A stretch of 64,000 nt of DNA from Gammaproteobacteria bacterium (GCA_029884425.1 JAOUHV010000007.1:11358-75357), one strand, 5' to 3'. Shown: positions 49,556 through 59,338, counted from the stretch's first letter. Notes: generated by a model from the sequence alone, not told the origin. Numbers and translations are program-made.

Positions 49556-49984
49556 ATGAAGATTTCATCAAAAGGACGGTATGCAGTCGCGGCAATGATG
49601 GATTTAGCGCTGCATGAAAATAAAGGTCCGTTGACTATTTCTGACATTTCAGAAAAACAGAATATTTCCTTGTCCTATTTGGAACAGATTTTCGCAGATC
49701 TGCGAAAGGGCAACTTGGTTCGCGGAACTCGTGGTCCCGGTGGAGGTTATCGCTTGGCCAGGGATGCCGCCGAGATCAGCATAGCGCAGATTATTGACGT
49801 GTTGGATGAGAAGCGGCCACGACTGGATATTGAAGATGAGCGCTATCAGCCCTATCAGCTTTGGGCACACCTGAGTCGGCGTATGCATGAATTTTTACAC
49901 CATATTTCGTTACAGGAATGTATTGATGATGTGGTGATGGTCGAGCAGTTGATGCTGTCAAAAGAGCACACTGAGGCCGCATAA
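49556..49984 (+). CDS. Rrf2 family regulator, IscR-like, without Fe-S cysteines (copy 2)
   Basis: Same motifs as copy 1; AAGGGG RBS before ATG 49556. Confidence 0.9.
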   Translation: MKISSKGRYAVAAMMDLALHENKGPLTISDISEKQNISLSYLEQIFADLRKGNLVRGTRGPGGGYRLARDAAEISIAQIIDVLDEKRPRLDIEDERYQPYQLWAHLSRRMHEFLHHISLQECIDDVVMVEQLMLSKEHTEAA

Positions 49985-49992
49985 GTCTTTGA

Positions 49993-50030
49993 TGGGTCAC
50001 TCTGCAAGCACAGAGTGACCTCTGTTTGTT
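49993..50030 (+). terminator. Probable intrinsic terminator
   Basis: GGTCACTCTG-caagca-CAGAGTGACC followed by a T-rich tail. Confidence 0.6.
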
Positions 50031-50036
50031 TTCCAA

Positions 50037-50633
50037 CTAGTTTGTCAGTGACATCTCAATTTCGGCGAAAGTTAGTGCACGTGGCAGTGAGGATATTTTG
50101 TAGCCGAGCTGCCTTTCAATTTGGCTGGATGAAAAAATACCGCGCAAGTGACAATTGCCATTAATACTGGTTTGTTCGTATACCAGCAAGTGCTGTCGGC
50201 CATGAAATTCCAGTGTTTGGACAATATCCCCCACATGCGATTTTTTGACATCACTCATATTCAGCGCGTCTAGCTGGGAAAGTGGCGTCATCACGTCACG
50301 CACCAGAATATCTTCTCTGCGCCCCGCATGTTTTTGCAAATACCGTACTGGGCGTTCTCCCGAAATGTCGGTTGAGGTAATCAGCCCGGATATTTCGTCT
50401 GCGCGTTCGCTGACAAGCAACATGCGCACGCCGCAGTAAATCATTTTTTCATTTGCCTGGGACATGGTTGATAGCGGTGAAATGCAGTGTGCCTGGGTAA
50501 ATGCCAGATCGGTCATGGTTTTGATCGCAGGATCTTGCAAGCTGACAATGCCTGGTAGCTGATGTAGCGCAGTACAGATGCGTATCCCAGGCGGTAGATA
50601 CGAATAGGGCAGAGGATGAAATGAGTGGTTCAT
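50037..50633 (-). CDS. CBS domain protein
   Basis: MTDL, GVRMLLV, GLITSTDI, VRDVMTP and RGIFSSSQI motifs. Confidence 0.85.
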   Translation of the reverse strand: MNHSFHPLPYSYLPPGIRICTALHQLPGIVSLQDPAIKTMTDLAFTQAHCISPLSTMSQANEKMIYCGVRMLLVSERADEISGLITSTDISGERPVRYLQKHAGRREDILVRDVMTPLSQLDALNMSDVKKSHVGDIVQTLEFHGRQHLLVYEQTSINGNCHLRGIFSSSQIERQLGYKISSLPRALTFAEIEMSLTN

Positions 50634-50759
50634 GGGGGTCTCCCTCGGCGGTGTCGTTGTTTTCGGAGAGACCTGATTTTACTGCGGACGAATAAATATT
50701 TTCTGAGGAAAATAATTGGGTTTTTCCCTGGGCGTTATCGCCCAGGGAGGTGTATCGAC

Positions 50760-51674
50760 CTACAGAATACAGACACGGTTGCGGCCAGAACGCTTGGCCT
50801 GGTAGAGCGCCTGATCGGCTTTGTTAAATAAGTTGCCAGGACTGTCTTCGATGGACAGGGTATGTACGCCGATGCTGATAGTGACATTGATGTGGTAGTC
50901 CAGATGTCTGTTTTCGGAATTGGCGATGCTGGTGCGAATGCGTTCGGCAAGAAGCTGGCTGCCGCTTGCATCGGTGTTGGGCAGGAGAATCACGAACTCT
51001 TCGCCACCGTAGCGGAAAATAACGTCCGAGGATCGAATGCAGCGACTGATGCTGTTGGCGACGGAGCGCAGTATCTTGTCACCGGCACTGTGTCCAAAGC
51101 GATCATTGACGCGTTTGAAAAAATCCACGTCGGCGCACAGCAGGGTCAGTGGTGTGCCATGGCGTCGTGCCAGATCGATTTCCCGTTGAATGGTTGATTC
51201 CATCATGCTGCGGTTGTTGACGCCGGTCAGTGGGTCTTTGGCGGCGTTGAGCAGGGCTTTTTCATACATCAATGCGTTGCGAATCGGGTAGGCCAGATTG
51301 CTCGACAGGCGATGGATGTTTTCCAGTTCAAGCAGATTAAATGGCGTGGGATCACGATCGAAACGCAGTACGCCTATTATTTCGCTTTTTCCGGGAACTT
51401 TTAACGTCATGACGTAATGTTTGTCAGCCTCGCGCCCAGCCTGATGTTTGATACCTTCAGTACAGGTAAAACTGAGACCGTCATGGGGGACAAGACGGCT
51501 CAATTCATTGGAGAACATGAGCAACAGCCTGTCGATGTCCAGTGTGGTCTGCAGACTTTGGGTCAGCTTCAGCAGATTTTCCTGGCTGTATTTTTCGACA
51601 GTGCGGGAGGCGGTTGAAACGCGGTAGGTGTCGGCACCGGCGGAGGTTGGGACGAGAGCTGGGATACCTTGCAT
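50760..51674 (-). CDS. Diguanylate cyclase (GGDEF) with GAF-like N-terminus
   Basis: DPLTG, DVDFFKRVNDRFGH, RSSD I-site and RYGGEEF; GGAG RBS before ATG 51674. Confidence 0.92.
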   Translation of the reverse strand: MQGIPALVPTSAGADTYRVSTASRTVEKYSQENLLKLTQSLQTTLDIDRLLLMFSNELSRLVPHDGLSFTCTEGIKHQAGREADKHYVMTLKVPGKSEIIGVLRFDRDPTPFNLLELENIHRLSSNLAYPIRNALMYEKALLNAAKDPLTGVNNRSMMESTIQREIDLARRHGTPLTLLCADVDFFKRVNDRFGHSAGDKILRSVANSISRCIRSSDVIFRYGGEEFVILLPNTDASGSQLLAERIRTSIANSENRHLDYHINVTISIGVHTLSIEDSPGNLFNKADQALYQAKRSGRNRVCIL

Positions 51675-51708
51675 AACATGTTTCTCCAAAGTGGCTTGGT
51701 TGGAGAAT

Positions 51709-51725
51709 TGCGACAAATGTGCCAA
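51709..51725 (-). promoter_or_regulatory. Sigma54-like (-24/-12) promoter of the GGDEF gene
   Basis: TTGGCACATTTGTCGCA with correct GG-N10-GC spacing. Confidence 0.6.
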
Positions 51726-51894
51726 GCGCGTCATGTTTTTGGCGAATGCGGGTGTTGTGCGGTAATTTGTTGTTTATTAAAGGTAAAATGACTTTGTTGG
51801 GTATCGATTTGCTGAAATGTTGGCAGTGCTGCTGAACAAATAGTCTGGGGGGAGATGATGAGCGGCAAGGGTTTGCCGGCATGAAACTGCCCGT

Positions 51895-51922
51895 AAAAGA
51901 AACGGCAGCCTAGGCTGCCGTT
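51895..51922 (-). terminator. Intrinsic terminator after the CheX-like gene
   Basis: AACGGCAGC-ctag-GCTGCCGTT followed by TCTTTT on the minus strand. Confidence 0.75.
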
Positions 51923-51927
51923 GTGGG

Positions 51928-52425
51928 TTATTTCTGGATCTGGCTATTGATGAGGAAGTTGAAATAGAACCGCCCCAGATTTTCGATTTCGATGGGGATG
52001 GTCAGCATTTGCTTGGCATCTTCCAGAATGCCGCCCAGCTTCTTGGTGTCAGAAACGAAGTAGGTAGGCGAGAAATCAATTTCGATGTCAGATTTTTCCA
52101 ATTCTGCGATGGCCGGGGCAATAGCCTGCTGGGAAAAATCCGCCAGTGCGTTGATGATGTCGTCGTTCATCTTGGTGTGCTTGGTTCCCAGCAATTTGTT
52201 GCCGATTGGCAACGCCGTTTCCGGGTAATGATGCACAACGATACGACCGGTAATCACCCCTTTGGTGTTGCAGACCAAGGCATAGCCCTCGCAACCGAAA
52301 GTGGCCAGGTTTTCTTCAAAACCTGCGTTGGCTTTTGCCTGGTATCCAGCGACTTTTTTCAGGTGAGCAATGATGTGGGTCACGAACGGCGTCGTGACTT
52401 TGTTTTGTACAACACTCAGGCCCAT
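51928..52425 (-). CDS. CheX-like chemotaxis phosphatase-fold protein
   Basis: Length and pattern resemble CheX (TPFV...GVITGRIVV...ETAL...LLG...DDIINALADF...IDFSP...GRFYFNF); ExxN replaced. Confidence 0.6.
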   Translation of the reverse strand: MGLSVVQNKVTTPFVTHIIAHLKKVAGYQAKANAGFEENLATFGCEGYALVCNTKGVITGRIVVHHYPETALPIGNKLLGTKHTKMNDDIINALADFSQQAIAPAIAELEKSDIEIDFSPTYFVSDTKKLGGILEDAKQMLTIPIEIENLGRFYFNFLINSQIQK

Positions 52426-52454
52426 ATTGGTTCCCTCTGGTTAATCTAGGGGTT

Positions 52455-52481
52455 ATATCGGGAGGTGCTGCCAGACCTTTA
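52455..52481 (-). promoter_or_regulatory. Sigma28-like promoter of the CheX-like gene
   Basis: TAAAG at -35, N15 spacing, CCCGATAT at -10, about 30 nt upstream of the ATG. Confidence 0.6.
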
Positions 52482-52512
52482 CCTCGATCAGTCAGTTATC
52501 GATCGCATCCGC

Positions 52513-53211
52513 TTACCAAGGGATAAGACTGCCATCGATGTCGTAATACTTACCATTGTCAGCATGGGTGACGTTGTCCAGGATGTCAAACATGGCTTTG
52601 ACACTTTGGGCAGTGGTGATTTCTGCGTGTGGTCCACCCATTTCGGTTTTGACCCAGCCGGGATGCAAATTGACACAGGTAAAGCCTTGCGGTGCCAGAT
52701 CAATGGCCATGCTTTTCATGATCATGTTCAGTGCGCATTTGGAACTGCGATAGGCATAACAGCCACCAGAGTGGTTGTCGTCAATGCTGCCCATTTTGCT
52801 GGTGAGGTTGACGATGAGCTTGCGTTGGCCGCGACTGAGATTGGCATGCAAGGTCTCGGCGATTTTCAGCGGCGCGATGGTGTTGATGCTGAAGGTATCC
52901 AGCCAGCTTTGAACATCCAGGGTGCCAAACTCCTGCTCGTCGGGACCATAGGTGCCGGCGTTGTTGATCAGGATGTCCAGAGGCTCGTGCTTGAGTTCAT
53001 AGGCCAATGCCTGGATCTGGGCGGGATCGGCGACATCCAGCAGGTGCACACTGACCAGTCCGCCGGACATGCGAGCAACCTCAAACAGTTTTTGTGGGGT
53101 GTGCGGATCACGGACACAGGCAAACACCCGCCATTGCTTGCGCACGGCTTGTTTTACCATTTCCAGGCCAATGCCACGCGAGGTGCCGGTGATGAGTACT
53201 CGATATTGCAT
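52513..53211 (-). CDS. SDR family oxidoreductase (C-factor/CsgA-like)
   Basis: TGTSRGIG, NNAG, YRSSK and HPGWVKTEMGG; start at ATG 53211. Confidence 0.93.
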   Translation of the reverse strand: MQYRVLITGTSRGIGLEMVKQAVRKQWRVFACVRDPHTPQKLFEVARMSGGLVSVHLLDVADPAQIQALAYELKHEPLDILINNAGTYGPDEQEFGTLDVQSWLDTFSINTIAPLKIAETLHANLSRGQRKLIVNLTSKMGSIDDNHSGGCYAYRSSKCALNMIMKSMAIDLAPQGFTCVNLHPGWVKTEMGGPHAEITTAQSVKAMFDILDNVTHADNGKYYDIDGSLIPW

Positions 53212-53286
53212 TTTCCGTTGACTCCGTCTGAGATTTCGCCGGGCATATGGTATCATCGCCGCTGTTTTTTGCCTTGTGGACTGGCG

Positions 53287-54105
53287 ATGATCGAAGGAAA
53301 TTTGCGCAAAATGGCCGTTTCGCTGGCCGAGCCTGTTCGCTACCAGTTGTGTCTGGATGAGGAACGTCTGGAACTGAACCCCTATCTGGGGCAGCGGATT
53401 CATTTGCAGCACACCGGCGAAATATTCTGTGTGGCCTGTGGTCGTAAGACCAAAAAAAGCTTTAGCCAGGGTTACTGTTATCCCTGCACCCAAAAGCTGG
53501 CGCAATGCGATATTTGTATCGTCCGTCCCGAAAAATGCCATTTTGCCGCCGGCACCTGCCGCGAACCCGACTGGGCGCAACAGCATTGTTTTATTCCGCA
53601 TTATGTCTATCTGGCCAATTCATCGGGACTGAAGGTGGGGATTACTCGCGGCAGTCAAATCCCAACCCGCTGGATTGACCAGGGAGCGACCCAGGCCCTG
53701 CCGATTTTCCGTGCGTCGTCGCGTTTTAAAGTTGGTATGCTGGAAGAACTGCTCAAAAAACAGGTCGCCGACAAAACCGATTGGCGCAAGATGCTCAAGG
53801 GCGATGCGCTGGCACTGGACTTGCCTGCTTGCCGTGACCGGATATTTGAACAATCTGGAATGGAGATTGATGCGTTGCTGGCGCAGTTTCCGGGAGAAAT
53901 TGAACCACTGCGCGCTGAAGCAGTCACCACGATTACGTATCCGGTCAATGAATACCCACACAAGGTCAGTTCACTGGATTTTGATAAAACCGCCGAGGTT
54001 TCCGGTGTGCTGCAGGGTATCAAGGGACAGTATTTGATGCTCGATACGGGCGTGATTAATTTGCGCAAATTTGGCGGGTATCGTCTCAGGTTTGGAACAG
54101 AATAA
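53287..54105 (+). CDS. DUF2797 family protein
   Basis: CVACGRKTKKSFSQGYCYPC, KVGITR, RWIDQGA and GIKGQYL; the longer ORF-track start overlaps the SDR gene and is rejected. Confidence 0.9.
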   Translation: MIEGNLRKMAVSLAEPVRYQLCLDEERLELNPYLGQRIHLQHTGEIFCVACGRKTKKSFSQGYCYPCTQKLAQCDICIVRPEKCHFAAGTCREPDWAQQHCFIPHYVYLANSSGLKVGITRGSQIPTRWIDQGATQALPIFRASSRFKVGMLEELLKKQVADKTDWRKMLKGDALALDLPACRDRIFEQSGMEIDALLAQFPGEIEPLRAEAVTTITYPVNEYPHKVSSLDFDKTAEVSGVLQGIKGQYLMLDTGVINLRKFGGYRLRFGTE

Positions 54106-54106
54106 T

Positions 54107-54760
54107 ATGCAAATCGAATTTTGGCAGGATCGTTGGAAAGAGGGACAGATCGGTTTTCACCAGCACGAAGTGAATCCATATCTTTTGCAGTATTGGCACG
54201 AATTGGAAAAGACCCCGGGTAAAGTCTTTGTGCCACTGTGCGGCAAAAGTAAGGATATGCTGTGGCTGCATGCTCATGGCCATCCGGTGTTGGGTGTGGA
54301 AATCAGCCCGATTGCCGTTGAGGCGTTCTTTCAGGAAAACGATCTGGAACCGGTGACATCTGCCTCGGCTGGTTTTGATAAATACGGCGCGTCGGATTTG
54401 GAGTTGTGGTGCGGGGATTTTTTTGATTTGCATCCACTGGACCTCAAGGGCGTGACGGCGGTTTATGACCGCGCGTCGTTCATCGCCATGCCACCGGATT
54501 TGCGTCAGCGCTACGCGGCCAAAATGTGCGAGTTGCTGGTCAAGGGCACTCAAGTGTTGCTGGTGACGATGGAATACCCGCAACACGAAATGCAGGGGCC
54601 TCCGTTCAGTGTGTCCCAGGACGAGGTGGAGCGACTCTACAGTCGTTGCTTCAGTATCGAGCCGGTGGCGAGTTACGACGTGTTGGCTGCCAATGCCCGA
54701 TTCCGCGATCGTGGCATCAGCGCCATGCATGAGCGGGTGTATCTGCTCGTCCGCCAATAG
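54107..54760 (+). CDS. Thiopurine S-methyltransferase
   Basis: FWQDRW...IGFH, VFVPLCGKS, YDRA and GPPFSV motifs. Confidence 0.93.
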   Translation: MQIEFWQDRWKEGQIGFHQHEVNPYLLQYWHELEKTPGKVFVPLCGKSKDMLWLHAHGHPVLGVEISPIAVEAFFQENDLEPVTSASAGFDKYGASDLELWCGDFFDLHPLDLKGVTAVYDRASFIAMPPDLRQRYAAKMCELLVKGTQVLLVTMEYPQHEMQGPPFSVSQDEVERLYSRCFSIEPVASYDVLAANARFRDRGISAMHERVYLLVRQ

Positions 54761-54989
54761 CCCCATTTTCCATTTCGGTGAATCACGCCCTACAATTCGG
54801 GTCATGCCCAGCTCCGTTGGGGCCGATCCAGTAATGGGGGTATGACCGAAAGCGGTTGGGCAAAAGTGCCGATACCCCATTAGAATCAGGCTAATAATGT
54901 GCGCATTCGTCGCTGCGGCGGATGCGAGCGTATATCCGGCATAACTTTTTGATAGTATGGACAGATTAGACTGAAGTGTGGATGTGACC

Positions 54990-57989
54990 ATGCGGCGTTG
55001 GATATGGGGCGTGTTGATGTGGAGTGTGGTCGGGGGCGCGGGAGCAACTGCCTCGGCGCTGCCTGCGCACGTCCAGTCAAAGGCCAATGGCTGGGCCATG
55101 CCGCAGTTTTTCGAACAAAATCGAGGTCAGGCCGGTAAGGAAACGCAGTTTCAGGCCAAAACCAGCGACTATCTGGTCAGCATTGGTGACGCAGAATTTA
55201 CCTTATTGCCTCGGGTAGCCGGGAGCCAGCCGTTGCGGTTTCGTTTTCTGGGGGCCAAGGCCACTGGCCCGGTGAAAGGCGAACAGCCGCTGCGCACCAA
55301 GGTGAATTACTTCGTCGGTAAGCGCCCGGCAGACTGGACACGCAACATTTCCACCTTTTCCCAGTTACGGCAGCCGCAGATCTATCCAGGCATTGATTTG
55401 GTGTACCGCTTCAATGCCCAGCATCAATTGGAATACGACCTGCTGGTGTCGCCCGGTGCCGATCCCCGGCAGATTCGACTGCAACTGGATGATCCCTCAC
55501 CACTGAGTCTGGCTGCCAATGGTGCCTTGCAGGTGAAAACACCCCAGGGCGTGGTCGAGCACCAGGCTCCGGTCGTGTTTCAGCACAAAGACGGCAAGAC
55601 TATCCCGGTGGCTGCACGCTATCGTTTGCTGCCGGGTAATCAGTTGACGATGACGCTGGCCAGATATGACACAGCCCGCACGCTGGTGGTGGACCCGGTT
55701 CTGAAGTTTTCCAGCTACTTTGGCGGCAGTGATCGTGATGTCGTTCAGGGCGTGGCCTGGCGCGAGGCCGATGGCAGCTTGTACCTGACCGGTGGTACCT
55801 CCACGCAGGCGGACATTGCGACCAATGACAGCTACACCGTCGTCAACAGTGGGCTGTTAAGCGGTGGGCAGCAGGGCACGCCCTATCAGGCAGTGTCCGG
55901 TGTTGAGGCCACCACCTGCACCCTGAATTATGATCCCGCCCGCGGCAACGGTACGGTACAACATTTTCCTGCTTATGATGCATTCGTTGCCAAAGTGGAT
56001 TTGCAGACCGGCGATGTGCTGTATGCCACCTATTACGGCGGCTGCGAAAACGAGCAGGCCCGAGATCTTGCGCTTGATGCGGCAGGCAATGTTTACATTG
56101 TTGGCACCACCAAGTCGACCGATTTGCCTACCAATGGCATACAGAGCCAGTTGACACCTACCTCGCCGGGCAGTAACACCTACGAGGTGGATGCGTTCGT
56201 TGCCAAATTCGATACCAATGGCCAATTGGTTTATGGCCGCTATGTTGGCGGTTCGGCGGATGATTATGGCCGTGCTATCAAGGTAGACATTGAGGGCTAT
56301 GCCTACATCGTGGGCAATACCAGCTCACCGTACATGATCAGCGCTCAGGGACAGTTCACCTGCTTTGGCCGGGTAGACCCAGGTTTTGAGGGCGACAGCT
56401 GCTACCAGGGGCAAACCGATGCGTTCATGGCACGGATTCATCCCAGCGGTACGGTGACTACGCATGGCACCTACATCGGTGGTTATGGCACCGACTGGGC
56501 GGCTGACTTGGTGCTGAGCAACGCCACAGGGGCGGCGGTGAAAATTTACGTTGCCGGAACAACCGCCGCGACCATGGCTGACCCCAATGATCCAGCCTAC
56601 AGGCATGGCTTCCCACTGAAGGACGGGCGGCCGCCGTACAAGTACTACGTGCCGGGTAATTGCGGTGATAGCGGCGTGGATTTCGTCAACGACAAGCATC
56701 CCTGTCGTGATGGGTTTGTGGTGGTGATGGACAGCATGGGCGAACAACTGTTGTACACCACGATGATAGGCGGGGCGGGTGACGACGTGGTAACGGGGGT
56801 GGCGGTGGATACCACCAACAACATCTACCTGACCGGCTACAGCACGTCTGAGGGAGCAATTGTCGGTCCTGCGGGTCCGGGAAATATCGAGAATCCGAAA
56901 CTGATCGCCACCGATCCTGATCGGGAAATTTTTGTGAGATTTCCTTTGGTTAACCAGGTGTGGAACAGCTCTGGCCTGGAAACCAATGTGTCGTTTTATG
57001 ACGGCACGGCTCCCAAAGCATTTTTGACCAAATTTGATGCGGTTGCTGGCTATGATTCCGTACAGTTTTCGACCTTCGTGGGCGGATCTGACGTCGACAA
57101 AGCAACTGGTGTGGTGGTTCACACGGTACAGACGCTAGAGAACGGCATGTCGGTCAAGAAAAACAATATCTATCTGGTTGGCCAGACGTTGTCGCAGGAT
57201 TTTAAGCCGATGAGCGACGCGTTTAAATCGGCGGCGGACAGCGAAGATATTTTTCTGATCAAGATGGAACAAAACGAAAGTGCCGATCCGGCGGCGACTA
57301 AAAATCCGCGAACGCGTTATGCGACCCTGCTGGGGGCGGAGGGCCTGGATTCGCCCAAGGCCATGGCGCTGGTGGTGGAAGCCGGCATCAATAAAGGCGT
57401 GGTGATTGTCGGCAAGACCTCATCGCGGCGCTTTCCCACCACCGCCAATGCCACCAACCCAAATGCCATTGGCGGACCGGATGACGGTTTTATCACTTAT
57501 GTGACCGATGAGACGTTTTCGACCAATCTTAAACTGACGCCGGCCGGTTATCGCTTGCCGGTGAACGTGGGCGACTTGGCAGAATTCGTTTACCAGGTGA
57601 CCAACGAAGGCAGTTTGCCGGCCGAGCAGGTGCGGGTGTCGATTAATCTTCCTCCCAGCGTGATTGTCACTAACAGGCCCAGTACTTGCCTGCTAGAAGA
57701 CAAGCGGATTTTGTTTTGCGATTTGGGGACTCTGGACGCCGTTGGCGGTCTGAATAGCAATACAGTGAGTTTTGGTTTTAAACCGTTGGTTGGTGGTGTA
57801 TTGCGGGTGCGTGTGTCGGTACTGAGCAACTTGGTGGATGCCAATCTCGACGATAGCAGCGTACAAACCACCATGCGGGTAGCCGAGCCGGAGTATTACG
57901 CCACGGCCCGCCTGCAAACCGGTTTTATTTTGTTGCTGGGACTGCTGTTACTGATTACCCGAACCCTACTGAAGCCGCGTTCTGTCTAG
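54990..57989 (+). CDS. Secreted SBBP (beta-propeller) repeat protein with DUF11-like domain and C-terminal membrane anchor
   Basis: Signal peptide; FEQNRGQ...YPGID...EYD...PGADP N-domain; repeated D(A/G)FV(A/T)K...TY(Y/I/V)GG...D blades; VTNEG...A..V DUF11-like segment; C-terminal TM with basic tail. Confidence 0.85.
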   Translation: MRRWIWGVLMWSVVGGAGATASALPAHVQSKANGWAMPQFFEQNRGQAGKETQFQAKTSDYLVSIGDAEFTLLPRVAGSQPLRFRFLGAKATGPVKGEQPLRTKVNYFVGKRPADWTRNISTFSQLRQPQIYPGIDLVYRFNAQHQLEYDLLVSPGADPRQIRLQLDDPSPLSLAANGALQVKTPQGVVEHQAPVVFQHKDGKTIPVAARYRLLPGNQLTMTLARYDTARTLVVDPVLKFSSYFGGSDRDVVQGVAWREADGSLYLTGGTSTQADIATNDSYTVVNSGLLSGGQQGTPYQAVSGVEATTCTLNYDPARGNGTVQHFPAYDAFVAKVDLQTGDVLYATYYGGCENEQARDLALDAAGNVYIVGTTKSTDLPTNGIQSQLTPTSPGSNTYEVDAFVAKFDTNGQLVYGRYVGGSADDYGRAIKVDIEGYAYIVGNTSSPYMISAQGQFTCFGRVDPGFEGDSCYQGQTDAFMARIHPSGTVTTHGTYIGGYGTDWAADLVLSNATGAAVKIYVAGTTAATMADPNDPAYRHGFPLKDGRPPYKYYVPGNCGDSGVDFVNDKHPCRDGFVVVMDSMGEQLLYTTMIGGAGDDVVTGVAVDTTNNIYLTGYSTSEGAIVGPAGPGNIENPKLIATDPDREIFVRFPLVNQVWNSSGLETNVSFYDGTAPKAFLTKFDAVAGYDSVQFSTFVGGSDVDKATGVVVHTVQTLENGMSVKKNNIYLVGQTLSQDFKPMSDAFKSAADSEDIFLIKMEQNESADPAATKNPRTRYATLLGAEGLDSPKAMALVVEAGINKGVVIVGKTSSRRFPTTANATNPNAIGGPDDGFITYVTDETFSTNLKLTPAGYRLPVNVGDLAEFVYQVTNEGSLPAEQVRVSINLPPSVIVTNRPSTCLLEDKRILFCDLGTLDAVGGLNSNTVSFGFKPLVGGVLRVRVSVLSNLVDANLDDSSVQTTMRVAEPEYYATARLQTGFILLLGLLLLITRTLLKPRSV

Positions 57990-58034
57990 TTGCTTCCGCC
58001 CGGTGCGGAAAAACACAAGGAATTGGCTTTACTC

Positions 58035-58910
58035 ATGGGACACATCAACGCCGCTTTGGATTGGCTTATCCAGTTTTTCAACACCGTCTGGCCCTTGGTG
58101 GTATCGACGTTTGTTGGTGGCTGGCTGGCGTTTCAGTACATTCGTCGGCACGAACATCGTCGCGAACTGGAGCAGCGTTTTGCCAGGCTCAAGCTGGTCT
58201 ATTTTGTTCTTTCCAGTCAGCGGCACCGTTTGCAGCGCCTGCAAAAAAATGCGCTGCAACCCTATGCCGCCAGTTCGCGCCGTGCGGAAATGATGCCGCC
58301 AATTCAACTGCATGACGATTTTCCCCGGCTGGATATGCCACAGCTACCGGGTTTGTTTGAGCAGGATTCGGTCGAGCTGCTAAACGAAATGATCGATGTG
58401 GAGCAGCGCTTTCTCGACGTGGCAGATTTGCTCAAACGGCGAACCCGCTTGATACGGGCCGAGCCGGTGAATCTGGCGCAGCTCAAGGTGGAAACGGATA
58501 AGCTGTACGAAGAAGTGCCCATACTGGAAGAACAGTACGGCGAAGCCCTATACAGCCTGAACCGCTACATGGAATCCCAGCCGCGCGGTATTGGCGGCGA
58601 AACCCTGGACTACATTGCCTGGATGGTTTGCTCGGTTTGTGGGGCGACGGCGGCGGTGTTTTTCTTCAGCCATTGGGCGATAAACTCCTCGGCGGTGGTG
58701 GAAATGGGGCTGGATATATCGCTGGTTTCGGCTTTGGTGTTTGCTCTTTCCCTGTATTTTTCTCTGGCTTTAACCGCCATTGTGTTCATTATGGGCGTGT
58801 ACACGGCCATTAAAAAGCTAAAGAGTTCATTGATTTATGTCTTGTCCCTGCTGTTGGCGGCCGCCCCCGTGCTGTATTTGATGTGGGCTGACTACAACAT
58901 GATGACTTGA
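58035..58910 (+). CDS. Hypothetical membrane protein (N-terminal TM, helical soluble domain, about three C-terminal TMs)
   Basis: Long ORF co-directional with its neighbours; hydropathy pattern. Confidence 0.7.
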   Translation: MGHINAALDWLIQFFNTVWPLVVSTFVGGWLAFQYIRRHEHRRELEQRFARLKLVYFVLSSQRHRLQRLQKNALQPYAASSRRAEMMPPIQLHDDFPRLDMPQLPGLFEQDSVELLNEMIDVEQRFLDVADLLKRRTRLIRAEPVNLAQLKVETDKLYEEVPILEEQYGEALYSLNRYMESQPRGIGGETLDYIAWMVCSVCGATAAVFFFSHWAINSSAVVEMGLDISLVSALVFALSLYFSLALTAIVFIMGVYTAIKKLKSSLIYVLSLLLAAAPVLYLMWADYNMMT

Positions 58911-58972
58911 AAAAAGCTGAGAAAACCGCTATATTATTAATTACTAATATTAAGCCGGTACAGGAGGCTGTT

Positions 58973-59338
58973 ATGGCGGTTATAACCCTGGGTAAAGACA
59001 ACTTTGAAGAGGTGATCAGCGACAACAAGATTGTGATCATCGATTTTTGGGCTTCCTGGTGCGCGCCTTGTAAAATGTTTGGACCGGTGTTTGAGAAAGC
59101 GGCCGAGCGTCATCCCGACGTGGCATTTGCCAAGGTCAACACTGAAGTTGAGCAGGAACTGGCGCAGTACTTCCAGGTGCGTTCCATCCCGACCGTGATG
59201 ATTGCCCGCGAACAGATCTTTGTGTTCTCCGAGGCCGGCGCTCTGCCATCCAGTGCGATTGATGAAATCCTCGGTAAAGTGCGCGAGCTGGATATGGACG
59301 ACGTCCGCAAATCCATAGAACAGCAACAACGTGCATAA
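58973..59338 (+). CDS. Thioredoxin
   Basis: DFWASWCAPC and RSIPT motifs; AGGAGG RBS. Confidence 0.94.
   Translation: MAVITLGKDNFEEVISDNKIVIIDFWASWCAPCKMFGPVFEKAAERHPDVAFAKVNTEVEQELAQYFQVRSIPTVMIAREQIFVFSEAGALPSSAIDEILGKVRELDMDDVRKSIEQQQRA

Noticed and set aside
52465..53601. Apparent long overlapping ORFs (546 aa on +, 362 aa on -)
   Set aside because: These are upstream extensions of the divergent DUF2797 and SDR genes; family motifs begin at 53287 and 53211
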